Virus record (IMG/VR): IMGVR_UViG_3300045988_113168
Origin: a virus
Direction: 5' to 3' (one strand)
DNA: 64,000 nucleotides
Part shown: positions 40,023-49,528 of the stretch, piece by piece
Position numbering within the stretch: the first letter of the stretch is position 1
How the letters are laid out: every line of letters begins with the position of its first letter
Notes under the pieces: generated by a model
Databases searched by the model: none
Told to the model about the DNA's origin: nothing
The model's input: only the letters and a program-made list of their open reading frames with translations
Program-made: the position numbers and the translations under genes

Positions 40023-43000
40023 ATGTCAGATAATTTTGTAAATCTTCATGTACATACAGCGCAGGGTTCGTTACTTGACTCTATTCTTACCGTCAAGGAA
40101 CTTGTAGACTTTGCCAAAGAGAATGGTCAGAAGGCTATTGCTGTTACGGATCATGGCAAGATGCACTCTTTCGTTGACCAAGTTAAGGCTTGTAAAGCAG
40201 AAGGTATTAAGCCTATCATCGGCTGTGAAGTCTATGAAGTAGATAATCAGGCAGAGAAAGCCGATACAAAAGACTATAAACAACCTCGTTACCATCTTGT
40301 TTTACTAGCAAAGAACGAGACCGGTTTAAAAAATCTATTTAAGATTGTTTCAAATGCTTGCGTTGATGGTATGTATAAAAAGCCTCGAACTTCTTTGAAT
40401 ATTATTGAACAGAACGAGTGGGGTAAAGGTATCATCTGTCTTACAGCCTGCCAAGTTGGTCGAATGAGTAGATTGCTTGTTGATGGCAACGAGACTGAAG
40501 CATGGCAGTTATGGAACAAACTGAAATGGATCTTTGATGACGTGTTTATGGAAGTTCAGTCTCATGATACGCCAGATCAGGCTGAAGCTAATGCCAAAAT
40601 TGCAGCTTTTATCAAAAAGTACAATATTCCGTATACCATTACAACTGATGCTCATATGCTTTCCAAGGAAGATGTTGATGCACATTCAGTTTTTGTAGAA
40701 ATTGGAGAAGGACGAGAAGTTGGAGAAAGTTATGTTGACTGCTATCTTCAGACCGAAGACGATGTGCTGAGAACACTTTCAAAGCAGTTTGATGAAGACT
40801 TCATCCGAGAAGGCTGCTCAATGTCTGTGAAGATTGCAGATATGATTGATAATATTGACATTGGCCTCGGTCAGCCGAATCAGATGCCCGAAGTGAAAAT
40901 TGAAGGTGAATTTGATTCGCATCTGGATTACCTGCGTTACCTCGTTTATTCTACTTTTGATGAAAAATTCGGATGGATGAGTAAAGAAGAACAGCAAACC
41001 CGGCGGGATAGAATTGAGATGGAGCTTGACGTTCTTGAATACGTTGACTACATCGATTACTTCATTATGCTATATATGCTTTGCAAGGTGGCTGATGAAC
41101 GAGGTATCCCTCGCGGCTATTCTCGTGGTTCTGGTGCAAACTGTCTATGTCTATTTATGTTAAACGTTACGCAGATTGATTCTGTTCGTTGGGATCTTGA
41201 CTTCTCTCGTTTTGCAAATAAAGGTCGTAAGAGTCTCGCAGACTTCGACTTTGATATTAGCCGTCGTCGTCGCAAAGAACTTGTTTCTATTGCAGAAGAG
41301 CTTTTTGGAAAAGAGAGTGTAGCACCAATCGCAACTTTTAATTCTCTGTCTACAAAGGTTGCCATTAAGGATATTGGCAAGGTACTGAACGAAGATCCAG
41401 AAAGCCCATATTATATGCAGATTCCGTATGAATTGCGAAATGAAGTTGCTAAGTTGATTCCGACCGTGAAAACATTGGATGATCTCGGAGAAGAAGTTGA
41501 GAAGGAAGTTCTATTGAAGGACATTCTTGGAAAAAGCGAGCAGCTTTCTAATGTGTATGATAAGTTTCCTCTGTGGTTTAAGTACGTTATGCGACTTGAA
41601 GGTTTACCGAAGAGTATGGGTCGCCATGCTGCAGGAACTTTGATTACGCCTAAGCCTGTTATTGAATATTGTCCTCTCTGTATGGATAGAGAAGGTAATC
41701 AGATGTGTCAGCTTGAAATGCACAATGCAATGGACGACTTATCGTTGGTCAAGATGGATTTTCTTGGTCTTGAAAATTTGGACACGATTGATGACACATT
41801 AAAGATGGCCGGTCTAACTTGGAAGGATGTTGACATCAACCATCTCGACCTAAACGATAAGGCAGTCTACGACGCAGTTTATAAGTCTGGACACACAATT
41901 GGTATTTTTCAGATGGAGTCTGCTGAAGCTCGAAAGATGTGTGTTGAAGCAAAATGTGACAACGCCGAGGATATCATTGTTGTGAATGCAGCAAACCGCC
42001 CTGGTACTAAGGACAGCTTCCCGACGTATTGTTCCAATAAGCTTTACCCAGAAACTATCAAACTACTTCATCCTGATATCAAACAGCTTTTTGCCAAGAC
42101 TCAGTACATTCTTCTTTATCAGGAACAGGCTCTGGCAGTATTTCGTTATGCAGGATTCCCTGAAACTGAGGTTGACAATGCTCGTCGTGCAATTGGTAAG
42201 AAAAAGAAAGATGTTATGGCATCCTTGGAGGTCCAGTTTAGAGATGGTCTTCACAAAAAAGGATGGAACGATTATCAGATCTCTGAGATGTGGGCATTGA
42301 TCTTGAAACAGGCTTCTTATTCCTTCAACCGGGGCCACGCAGTTGCTTATGGACTTCTTTCTTACCTGACAGCATACCTGAAGACTCATTATACTGAGTA
42401 TTTCATGGCTGCGTGTATGATTACTAAAGAAGATGATTCTGGCAAAATGGGTGTGTTCATCAATGAATGTGACCGTCTACATATTCGGGTCCTTCCTCCA
42501 AGTGTTAACAAGTCTGATATGGAATTTAAGGCCGATGCAGAAAAGCACACAATTCTGTTTGGCTTGAAAGCCATTAAAGGAATGGGTGAGAGTGTCGCAT
42601 CAGGGGTGATTGCAGACCGTCCATATTCTGGATTGGCAGACTTTGTTCAGAGAGCAAACGGTGGCAAGATTGGCACTTCAAACGTTGTCAAGTTGATTAA
42701 GGCGGGAGCTATTCCAACAAAAGACAAGAGAAAAATCTTAATCACTTTTGCAAATATGGTTTTTGAGAACGAGTATAAAGAGAAAGGTTTCCACGAAATG
42801 GCATCTCTCCCCAAGATCTCTATTCTCAAAGATGAATACGGAATTGACACAGATTCTATTAAAGACAAACCTACCAGACTCGCCTTATATAATAAGGTAA
42901 GAAGGGAGCGCTGGGAAGCGGACTCATGGAATCGGAAGAAAGAAAAAGACAAAAAGCGGAATGCCTTTATGCAGGCGTTTGCTGAAAAGTATATGCAAGA

Positions 43001-43367
43001 CGAGCACATGTGGGAATTTGAAACCCTTTCAATGTTCTTGACTAGCAATCCCATTAAGGATGCTTGCACCTATATTGATGCTGGTCTTGATACTGTAGAG
43101 GATGGCGGTAAGGCAACTGTTATTTGTGTCATCGTAGATATCCAAAAAAAGAAGGATAAACGTGGCAACCAGTTTGCATACTTACATGTTTACACGACAG
43201 GTGGTATTGTCGAAATGATTTGTTGGGCATCTCAGTATGCACGATATTCAAGTCTGATTTCAAAGGGTAGCGATCTTGCAATCCTTTGCAAGAGAAAAGA
43301 AAATTCGTACATTGTTGAGAAGATGAAGCCATACAAGCAGTGGCTGCGAGATAGAGAGATAGCGTAA
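40023..43367 (+). CDS. dnaE: DNA polymerase III alpha subunit (DnaE-type)
   Basis: The N-terminal PHP domain is LHVHTAQGSLLDS...AVTDHG. Length is 1114 aa. The polymerase core and HhH region are typical of Pol III alpha. Confidence 0.85.
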   Translation: MSDNFVNLHVHTAQGSLLDSILTVKELVDFAKENGQKAIAVTDHGKMHSFVDQVKACKAEGIKPIIGCEVYEVDNQAEKADTKDYKQPRYHLVLLAKNETGLKNLFKIVSNACVDGMYKKPRTSLNIIEQNEWGKGIICLTACQVGRMSRLLVDGNETEAWQLWNKLKWIFDDVFMEVQSHDTPDQAEANAKIAAFIKKYNIPYTITTDAHMLSKEDVDAHSVFVEIGEGREVGESYVDCYLQTEDDVLRTLSKQFDEDFIREGCSMSVKIADMIDNIDIGLGQPNQMPEVKIEGEFDSHLDYLRYLVYSTFDEKFGWMSKEEQQTRRDRIEMELDVLEYVDYIDYFIMLYMLCKVADERGIPRGYSRGSGANCLCLFMLNVTQIDSVRWDLDFSRFANKGRKSLADFDFDISRRRRKELVSIAEELFGKESVAPIATFNSLSTKVAIKDIGKVLNEDPESPYYMQIPYELRNEVAKLIPTVKTLDDLGEEVEKEVLLKDILGKSEQLSNVYDKFPLWFKYVMRLEGLPKSMGRHAAGTLITPKPVIEYCPLCMDREGNQMCQLEMHNAMDDLSLVKMDFLGLENLDTIDDTLKMAGLTWKDVDINHLDLNDKAVYDAVYKSGHTIGIFQMESAEARKMCVEAKCDNAEDIIVVNAANRPGTKDSFPTYCSNKLYPETIKLLHPDIKQLFAKTQYILLYQEQALAVFRYAGFPETEVDNARRAIGKKKKDVMASLEVQFRDGLHKKGWNDYQISEMWALILKQASYSFNRGHAVAYGLLSYLTAYLKTHYTEYFMAACMITKEDDSGKMGVFINECDRLHIRVLPPSVNKSDMEFKADAEKHTILFGLKAIKGMGESVASGVIADRPYSGLADFVQRANGGKIGTSNVVKLIKAGAIPTKDKRKILITFANMVFENEYKEKGFHEMASLPKISILKDEYGIDTDSIKDKPTRLALYNKVRRERWEADSWNRKKEKDKKRNAFMQAFAEKYMQDEHMWEFETLSMFLTSNPIKDACTYIDAGLDTVEDGGKATVICVIVDIQKKKDKRGNQFAYLHVYTTGGIVEMICWASQYARYSSLISKGSDLAILCKRKENSYIVEKMKPYKQWLRDREIA

Positions 43368-43379
43368 GAGGGTTGTAAA

Positions 43380-46300
43380 GTGGCAGATAAGAAATTTAAT
43401 GAAAATATGATCCGTTGTTACATCAGGATAAAACGAGTCTTTTATCCGAAAGATGGGAAGGAGGTGGAGCCCGGCGGCTTCGCCACTTTCTCTGCCGAGG
43501 TGGTAAAAGTCAAGCAGGGGAACCCCATTATGAGCCGATACAGTGACCTCCGACTGAAAGGCAACGTCCCTAGCCTTGATATGGATAAGACTTATTCGTT
43601 CTGTGGTGAGTATGTTCACCATGAAAAGTTTGGGGACCAGTATAAAATCGTCTATATGAACGAGTTCCAAGAGATTACTGACCCAGAAGAACAGAAAAGC
43701 TTTCTTCATTTTATCTTGACAGAACATCAGTTTGAGATGCTTTACGAAGCATTTGATAATCCGTATGAAATCATCAAGAACGGTGATATCAAGTCTCTTT
43801 GCACTGTTAGTGGTATCACAGAAGGTCGAGCACAGAAAATTATCGATGCCTTTGAAAATAACATTGATAACAGCGAAGCATACACGAAGCTGATTGAGTA
43901 TGGTTTGACTCCAAGTGCAATCGGAAAACTTGTTCATCAATATCACGGTGCAGACACTCTTGTGAAGAAAATTGAAGAGAATCCTTATGTTCTGATTGAC
44001 GATGTATATGGGATTGGATGGAAGAAAGCTGACGCTCTTGCTTTGAATATGGGATTGAAGCCAAACTCTCAGTTCCGAATTGAAGCTTACGTCATGCATT
44101 TTCTTGCTGATCGTGCCGAAGAAGGCAATTCTATCATCCCGGCAAACCAGACAATCAATAGTTGCATTAAGGAACTTGGCTTGGATGAGGGTGACCAAGA
44201 GGTTATCAAGAGAGCACTTTTCCATCTGCACGATGTCCGTGAAACGCTTTGGTGGAGTGATGATCGTCAGGAATTTGCTTTGACCAGAGTGTGGAATCTG
44301 GAAAATGAGATTGCAAAGGAAATCAAGCGTCTGGCAGATGCACCTGTCGAGCCGATTGGTCGAAATATGGATGCTGCAATCGACGAGGCGGAACGTGCTC
44401 TCGGCATCGAGTACACTGAGGAGCAGAGAGATGCTATTAAAAAGGTATGCTCTAGTAATGTCTGTATCTTGACAGGCTACGGCGGATGCCTCGATGCAGA
44501 GATGGAGTTCTTTAATGGTGTCCAATGGAAAAAAATAAAAGATTATGTTAAGGGCGACAAAGTTCTTCAATATAATGAAAATGGGACTACAACGCTTGTT
44601 GAGCCTGAGAAATATGTAAAATTCAAATGTGAATATCTATATCACATGAAAAACAAGTCGGGTAGTATCAATCAACTATTGAGTGCAGAGCATAATGTTG
44701 TTTACTTGACCAGTAAAAACAATTTAGCTAAAATCCCAATGTGGGAGTTGTATCAAAGAAATGTTAAACGAAAGTCTGGGTTTAACGGACATTTTATAAC
44801 AACGTTCAATTATGATGGCCCAGGAATCGATTTGAGCGATGCTGATATTAGACTAATGTGTGCTGTTATTTGCGATGGATCGTTTTTGAAGGATCATAAA
44901 TCAGCTTGGTGTAGAGTAAACGTAAAAAAAGAGCGAAAGAAACTTCGCATGAGAAGACTTCTTTCGGAAAGTGGTAGATACTTTGATGAGCATCAGTGGA
45001 ATCCAAAAGACTTGGAATATTCGAACTTTGTCTTTTACGCTCCAAGAAAAGAAAAAAGATTTACTTCGTATTGGTATAACTGTAATCATCATCAGCTAGA
45101 GGTGATTTGCGATGAGATTCTAAATTGGGACGGCCATGTGAAAGAGGGGAGACGGAAAGATTTTAGTACACTGATTAAAGAAACGGCAGATTTTATTCAG
45201 TTCGCATTTTCTTCTTGTGGTTATCGTTCTGTTGTATATGAATCAAATATTGAACGGCACGGTAAAATGGTCAAAGAGTATAATGTTCATATTGTGCAAC
45301 ACTCGAATGGAAAAGTTTCTCTTATGACAAAAGGCAGTAAAAGCGATATTGATATTGTTCGTTCAAGCGATGGATATAAGTATTGTTTTACTGTTCCGTC
45401 TCATATGTTTCTGACAAGATATAATGGAAGAATTTGTGTCACAGGCAACACTGGTAAAAGTACCGTTGTCGCTGGTGTCCTAAAGGTTCTTCGTGGTAAG
45501 TCTTTTGCACAGACTGCACTCTCTGGCCGTGCTGCCGCTCGTATGCAGGAGATTACTGGTCAGGATGGAAAGACGATTCATCGACTCCTTGGATATGACA
45601 TCGAGAACGGTGGGTTTGTTCACGATAAAGACAATCCTCTGGATGAAGATATCATCATTCTGGATGAGACCTCCATGGTTGGAGCTCAGTTGTTCTATGA
45701 CTTGATTCAGGCTATCGAGACCGGAAAGCGATTCATCATGATTGGCGATGACGGACAGCTTGAGAGTATCGGTATGTGCAACATCTTCAAGGATATGCTT
45801 GCATCCAAGGTTGTTCCGGTTGCTCGCTTGACTAAGATTCACCGTCAGGCTGCTAAGTCAGCGATTATCACTGAGAGTATCAAGGTTCGTAATGCCACGC
45901 AGTTGGTTCCTTACGGTTGGGCTGGTAATGAGATTCGTGGCGAGCTGCGTGATTTGGAGCTTGATATCTATAAGGATGCAGGCGAGTCATTTAGCCATAT
46001 CATCAATCAGTATCGTACCTTATATAATAAGGTAGGGAACGATAGTGCAAAGATTCAAATCGTACTTCCACAGAAGCTCCGTGGCAGCATCTGCACCTAC
46101 GAGGTCAATAATGCCATTCAAGAAATTGTAAATCCGAGTCGTGGTCAGACCGAAGCGAAGATCTCCATCTATGGTGATGGCAAGGACAGAGTATACACTC
46201 TGCGTGAGGGCGATCAGGTCATTATCAATAAGAATAACTATGAACTTCATACATACAATCTCAAGACAAAGAAAAAGGAAGATAAGTGTCCGGTGTTTAA

Positions 46301-46673
46301 CGGCAACCGTGGCATCATTCGAAAGATTGAAGGCAGTTTTATTCTGGTTGATTTTGACCAGTGGGGCACGATCTTCATTCCTCATTATTTTGGTGGGAAC
46401 AACATCTGGGCAACACTTGAACTCGCTTATGCTTTGAGTTGTCATAAACTGCAAGGTAGCGAAGCTCCGTATGTGATTGTCGGCATGGATAACTCTGCAT
46501 ACTTGATGTTGACGAGGGAATGGCTTTATACGGCCATCACTCGTGCTAAGAAGTATTGTGTGATTTGTGCTGAAACTCATGCTCTTGATCGGGCGGTAAA
46601 GACTTCGAGAGTTCCATACAAGCGGACGTTCTTGAAGGAATTTTTACGGAAAGAATTTTCAGAAAAGCATTGA
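43380..46673 (+). CDS. RecD-like SF1 helicase interrupted by an intein
   Basis: GTG start. Walker A is split (GYGG / TGKST). Also DETSMV (Walker B), SCHKLQGSE, and LYTAITRAKK (motif VI). Confidence 0.8.
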   Translation: MADKKFNENMIRCYIRIKRVFYPKDGKEVEPGGFATFSAEVVKVKQGNPIMSRYSDLRLKGNVPSLDMDKTYSFCGEYVHHEKFGDQYKIVYMNEFQEITDPEEQKSFLHFILTEHQFEMLYEAFDNPYEIIKNGDIKSLCTVSGITEGRAQKIIDAFENNIDNSEAYTKLIEYGLTPSAIGKLVHQYHGADTLVKKIEENPYVLIDDVYGIGWKKADALALNMGLKPNSQFRIEAYVMHFLADRAEEGNSIIPANQTINSCIKELGLDEGDQEVIKRALFHLHDVRETLWWSDDRQEFALTRVWNLENEIAKEIKRLADAPVEPIGRNMDAAIDEAERALGIEYTEEQRDAIKKVCSSNVCILTGYGGCLDAEMEFFNGVQWKKIKDYVKGDKVLQYNENGTTTLVEPEKYVKFKCEYLYHMKNKSGSINQLLSAEHNVVYLTSKNNLAKIPMWELYQRNVKRKSGFNGHFITTFNYDGPGIDLSDADIRLMCAVICDGSFLKDHKSAWCRVNVKKERKKLRMRRLLSESGRYFDEHQWNPKDLEYSNFVFYAPRKEKRFTSYWYNCNHHQLEVICDEILNWDGHVKEGRRKDFSTLIKETADFIQFAFSSCGYRSVVYESNIERHGKMVKEYNVHIVQHSNGKVSLMTKGSKSDIDIVRSSDGYKYCFTVPSHMFLTRYNGRICVTGNTGKSTVVAGVLKVLRGKSFAQTALSGRAAARMQEITGQDGKTIHRLLGYDIENGGFVHDKDNPLDEDIIILDETSMVGAQLFYDLIQAIETGKRFIMIGDDGQLESIGMCNIFKDMLASKVVPVARLTKIHRQAAKSAIITESIKVRNATQLVPYGWAGNEIRGELRDLELDIYKDAGESFSHIINQYRTLYNKVGNDSAKIQIVLPQKLRGSICTYEVNNAIQEIVNPSRGQTEAKISIYGDGKDRVYTLREGDQVIINKNNYELHTYNLKTKKKEDKCPVFNGNRGIIRKIEGSFILVDFDQWGTIFIPHYFGGNNIWATLELAYALSCHKLQGSEAPYVIVGMDNSAYLMLTREWLYTAITRAKKYCVICAETHALDRAVKTSRVPYKRTFLKEFLRKEFSEKH
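44487..45449 (+). mobile_element. intein (321 aa) with LAGLIDADG-like endonuclease region, inserted in the helicase P-loop
   Basis: Starts with Cys (CLDAEM) directly after GYGG and ends ...VTGN. It is followed by Thr of TGKST, which restores GYGGTGKST. LMCAVICDGSF is a LAGLIDADG-like block. Confidence 0.7.
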
Positions 46674-46698
46674 CAATTATATGAGTATCCTGTATAAT
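46670..46698 (+). promoter_or_regulatory. sigma-A type promoter (TTGACA-17-TATAAT) with conserved core
   Basis: TTGACA at 46670-75 overlaps the helicase stop. TATAAT at 46693-98. The 21-mer at 46685-46705 is identical to 22441-22461. Confidence 0.65.
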
Positions 46699-46744
46699 AT
46701 AGCTATAAAAAGTCTCCACCTCGGAGGCTTAAAATTCTCTCTTT

Positions 46745-46764
46745 AGCTATATAATACAGGATAC
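46745..46764 (+). promoter_or_regulatory. conserved 20-mer AGCTATATAATACAGGATAC
   Basis: Inverted repeat partner of 46685-46705 (one mismatch). Followed by a terminator hairpin. Confidence 0.55.
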
Positions 46765-46775
46765 GAGGAAGAAAT

Positions 46776-46806
46776 GGCTTGCTCGTAATGGCAAGCCTTT
46801 CTTTAT
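46776..46806 (+). terminator. rho-independent terminator
   Basis: GGCTTGC-TCGTAATG-GCAAGCC stem-loop followed by TTTCTTTAT. Confidence 0.65.
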
Positions 46807-46813
46807 TCATTAT

Positions 46814-46833
46814 AACTATATAACACAGGATAC
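46814..46833 (+). promoter_or_regulatory. conserved 20-mer AACTATATAACACAGGATAC
   Basis: Lies 13 nt upstream of ATG 46847, directly after the terminator. Confidence 0.55.
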
Positions 46834-46846
46834 GCAAGGAGGCTTT

Positions 46847-48178
46847 ATGACAGATAAGGAACTCATAGGTAAACTCGATGCGATGGTAAAGGCATTGCAG
46901 AGCACGAAGAAGAAGACAGACAAGACCCGCATTTTGCTGGATGCACGAAAGGATTTTGGTGCTGAAGCTGACGAGCTGATGGCATTCTTCCGATTCTTGC
47001 TTGATCCGACAATCGTAACTGGCCTGTCGGATACGAAAATCAATAAGCAGGTGAGTACCAAGCCTGAGATTGATATCCAGTATCTCAGCTGTGGATACCT
47101 TTATATTATGGGTGCTGGTCACAATACAGGATCTGACGCATCCATAGCAACAATCCAGAACTATTTACATAAAAATCCTGAGCACAAAGAGTTTCTAAAG
47201 CGGCTGTTTACCAAGAATCTGCCGATTGGTGTGGAAGCTGCTACTATCAATAAGGTATACGGCGAGGAAATTATTCCTGTCTGGGAAGTTCAGCAGGGAT
47301 ACCCAATTGATAAGGTGAAGTTGAAACCCGGCATCTGGTTCAGTCTGAGCCAGAAGATGAACGGCAATAGGGGCACAATGTATCGTGGAGATTTAATTTC
47401 TCGTCAAGCGCAGAAGTTTGAAGGACTCGACCATATTAAGAATGATCTGCTCGCTCTATATGATGGAGGTGTGGAGAGGCGAGATTCTTTGGTGTTTGAT
47501 GGCGAACTCATTTATAAGAACCCTGAAGGAATGTCGGACGGAGAGGCGTTTCGTTTCGGCACTGGCCTACTTAATTCTGACAGCAAGAACAAGACTGGAA
47601 TTAAATTTGTGATTTTTGATGTAATTCCTGTTGTAGAGTTTGACTGTGGAAAGTGTGCTGTCCAGTATCAAACCCGCCGGAAATGGCTAAATTGTCTTCG
47701 TGCGGAGATTGCTCGTAAGAATCTTGAAAACATCGAAATTGTTCCAATGGTATACGAAGGTACTGACCAGAGTGTGATTCCGAAGTGGCTTGATTATGCT
47801 GTGGCACATGATTGGGAGGGTTTGATGTTGAACACCAATGTTCCTTATCAGCGTAAGCGTCATACTGGTTGTCTTAAAATCAAGCGTTTCTACACGGTTG
47901 ACCTCCGCATTACTGCAATCGAGGAAGGACAGAATCGGCTGGCTGGTACGATGGGTGCCCTAGTTGTGGACTACAAGGGCAACGAACTTCGAGTGGGCTC
48001 TGGATTTGATGACGCAACGAGAGCTGCCGTGTGGGCAAATCCTGATGATTATATCGGAAAAATTGTGGAGTGTAAGTATAAAGAGGTCACGATGGACAAA
48101 AAGACCGGCCTTGAGTCCCTGCAATTCCCGACCTTTGTAAGATTTAGAGATGACAAGAATGAGGTGTCTTATGGCTGA
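46847..48178 (+). CDS. ATP-dependent DNA ligase
   Basis: Motif I is SQKMNGNRG (KxxG), III FDGELIY, IIIa FVIFDV, IV EGLMLN, V LKIK. Confidence 0.8.
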   Translation: MTDKELIGKLDAMVKALQSTKKKTDKTRILLDARKDFGAEADELMAFFRFLLDPTIVTGLSDTKINKQVSTKPEIDIQYLSCGYLYIMGAGHNTGSDASIATIQNYLHKNPEHKEFLKRLFTKNLPIGVEAATINKVYGEEIIPVWEVQQGYPIDKVKLKPGIWFSLSQKMNGNRGTMYRGDLISRQAQKFEGLDHIKNDLLALYDGGVERRDSLVFDGELIYKNPEGMSDGEAFRFGTGLLNSDSKNKTGIKFVIFDVIPVVEFDCGKCAVQYQTRRKWLNCLRAEIARKNLENIEIVPMVYEGTDQSVIPKWLDYAVAHDWEGLMLNTNVPYQRKRHTGCLKIKRFYTVDLRITAIEEGQNRLAGTMGALVVDYKGNELRVGSGFDDATRAAVWANPDDYIGKIVECKYKEVTMDKKTGLESLQFPTFVRFRDDKNEVSYG

Positions 48179-48518
48179 TGTTAGATTGATTGACTCAAAT
48201 AAGGCTGAAAAGGAATTTGAATCTTGCTTAAATCTTCTTTGTAAAAATCCTATAACAAGTAACACGTATGAAATGAGTTTTAGTAGGCAGATTTGTAACG
48301 CAGCTTTACGAACTTTGCGGAACACTCCAACTATCGACCCGGAAGCGTTGCGGCCGGTGGCACACTGGGAGGAAATTCCAGGCTCCTATGTGAGCTGTGC
48401 CGGGAAAAACTCATGGTGTGAACCAGCAACTCGTTGCTCGAACCCAGAATGTAGAGAGGTGAATCCGTGTGGCCTCAAAACGCCATTTTGCCCGATGTGT
48501 GGAGCAAAGATGGAGTGA
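48171..48518 (+). CDS. hypothetical protein with C-terminal zinc-ribbon
   Basis: ATG 48171 after GAGGTG, overlapping the ligase stop. CSNPEC...CPMCG. Confidence 0.6.
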   Translation: MADVRLIDSNKAEKEFESCLNLLCKNPITSNTYEMSFSRQICNAALRTLRNTPTIDPEALRPVAHWEEIPGSYVSCAGKNSWCEPATRCSNPECREVNPCGLKTPFCPMCGAKME

Positions 48519-48521
48519 ATC

Positions 48522-48821
48522 ATGCCTAAAAATAAGTTAAAAGATTCCTTTCATTGGATGGGCAAAAATGGGCAAGAATGCAATGTAGATTTGTCATCCA
48601 AGCTTATAAGCCGTTATATCAATGAAGTTAAGAACAATCTCAAGAAGACTCCAAAAGGAGAAGGGAATTTTTGCTATGTTGCTGGCAAAGAGGTACTTGT
48701 CATTGGAGTGGTTAACGAAGAGGGCGAACGGTTCATCTTCGTGGCAAGAGATTACTGGGAAGCGGATTACATTCCGGGATGTGGATGGATGAAAGTGGAG
48801 GATGAAGATGAATCTTTCTAA
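48522..48821 (+). CDS. hypothetical protein
   Basis: Track ORF with GGAGTG upstream. Confidence 0.65.
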   Translation: MPKNKLKDSFHWMGKNGQECNVDLSSKLISRYINEVKNNLKKTPKGEGNFCYVAGKEVLVIGVVNEEGERFIFVARDYWEADYIPGCGWMKVEDEDESF

Positions 48822-49080
48822 AAAGACAATCAAGCACATTCTTCGGATTCTGGATAACAAATGTATCGAGGTGCCTACAAAGGCATTCGCTTATAGCAGT
48901 GACGGACGCAGAATTTTGACTCGTGATTTTGAGCCAAAGGAGTCACACGGAATGAATGACTGGCAACGAATCGTCTATGTACCGTCTGATGGATATTTCT
49001 ACGGAATTTACAACGGAAAATCGGAAGAAGAATGGGACATTCCAGATATCTTGTCTCCTGCCCAGCTTGCTAATTTGTGA
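48808..49080 (+). CDS. hypothetical protein
   Basis: ATG 48808 about 6 nt after GGAGGA, inside track ORF 48802..49080. Confidence 0.6.
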   Translation: MNLSKKTIKHILRILDNKCIEVPTKAFAYSSDGRRILTRDFEPKESHGMNDWQRIVYVPSDGYFYGIYNGKSEEEWDIPDILSPAQLANL

Positions 49081-49089
49081 GGTTTTGTA

Positions 49090-49314
49090 ATGTTTATCTT
49101 GACGCAGTATCAAACCGGAGTTGTTGATACCAGTAAATGTTTTGGAATCCATATTGTAGATGAATCAACAGTAATCAGAGCGTATACCTTTGGTGAAAAT
49201 GTGTGGATGAAACTGGGTAAATATAAAACAGTAGAACGAGCAAAAGAAGTAATTCAAAAGATTAACATCGCTCTTTGCGAGAGTCGTGTTGGTTTTGTAA
49301 TGCCGGAGGAATAA
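49090..49314 (+). CDS. hypothetical protein (paralogue of next gene)
   Basis: Track ORF. Starts MFILTQ, compared with MLLLTQ in the next gene. Confidence 0.6.
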   Translation: MFILTQYQTGVVDTSKCFGIHIVDESTVIRAYTFGENVWMKLGKYKTVERAKEVIQKINIALCESRVGFVMPEE

Positions 49315-49315
49315 A

Positions 49316-49528
49316 ATGCTACTTTTAACGCAAGGCGGAGAAATTATAAATCTTGATCGCATGGCAATCATTGATACCGCAAGCCTTAATGTTTATGCAA
49401 GGCAGGGCATGGGTGAGCGTGGAATTGTTCTTGGCAGCTATAACTCTGAGAGTAAATGCTACGATATTATCGCACGTATTTTTGATTGCTATCGAAAAAA
49501 TGAGAAAGCATACATAATGCCAAAATGA
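49316..49528 (+). CDS. hypothetical protein (paralogue of previous gene)
   Basis: Track ORF with GGAGGAA upstream. Confidence 0.6.
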   Translation: MLLLTQGGEIINLDRMAIIDTASLNVYARQGMGERGIVLGSYNSESKCYDIIARIFDCYRKNEKAYIMPK

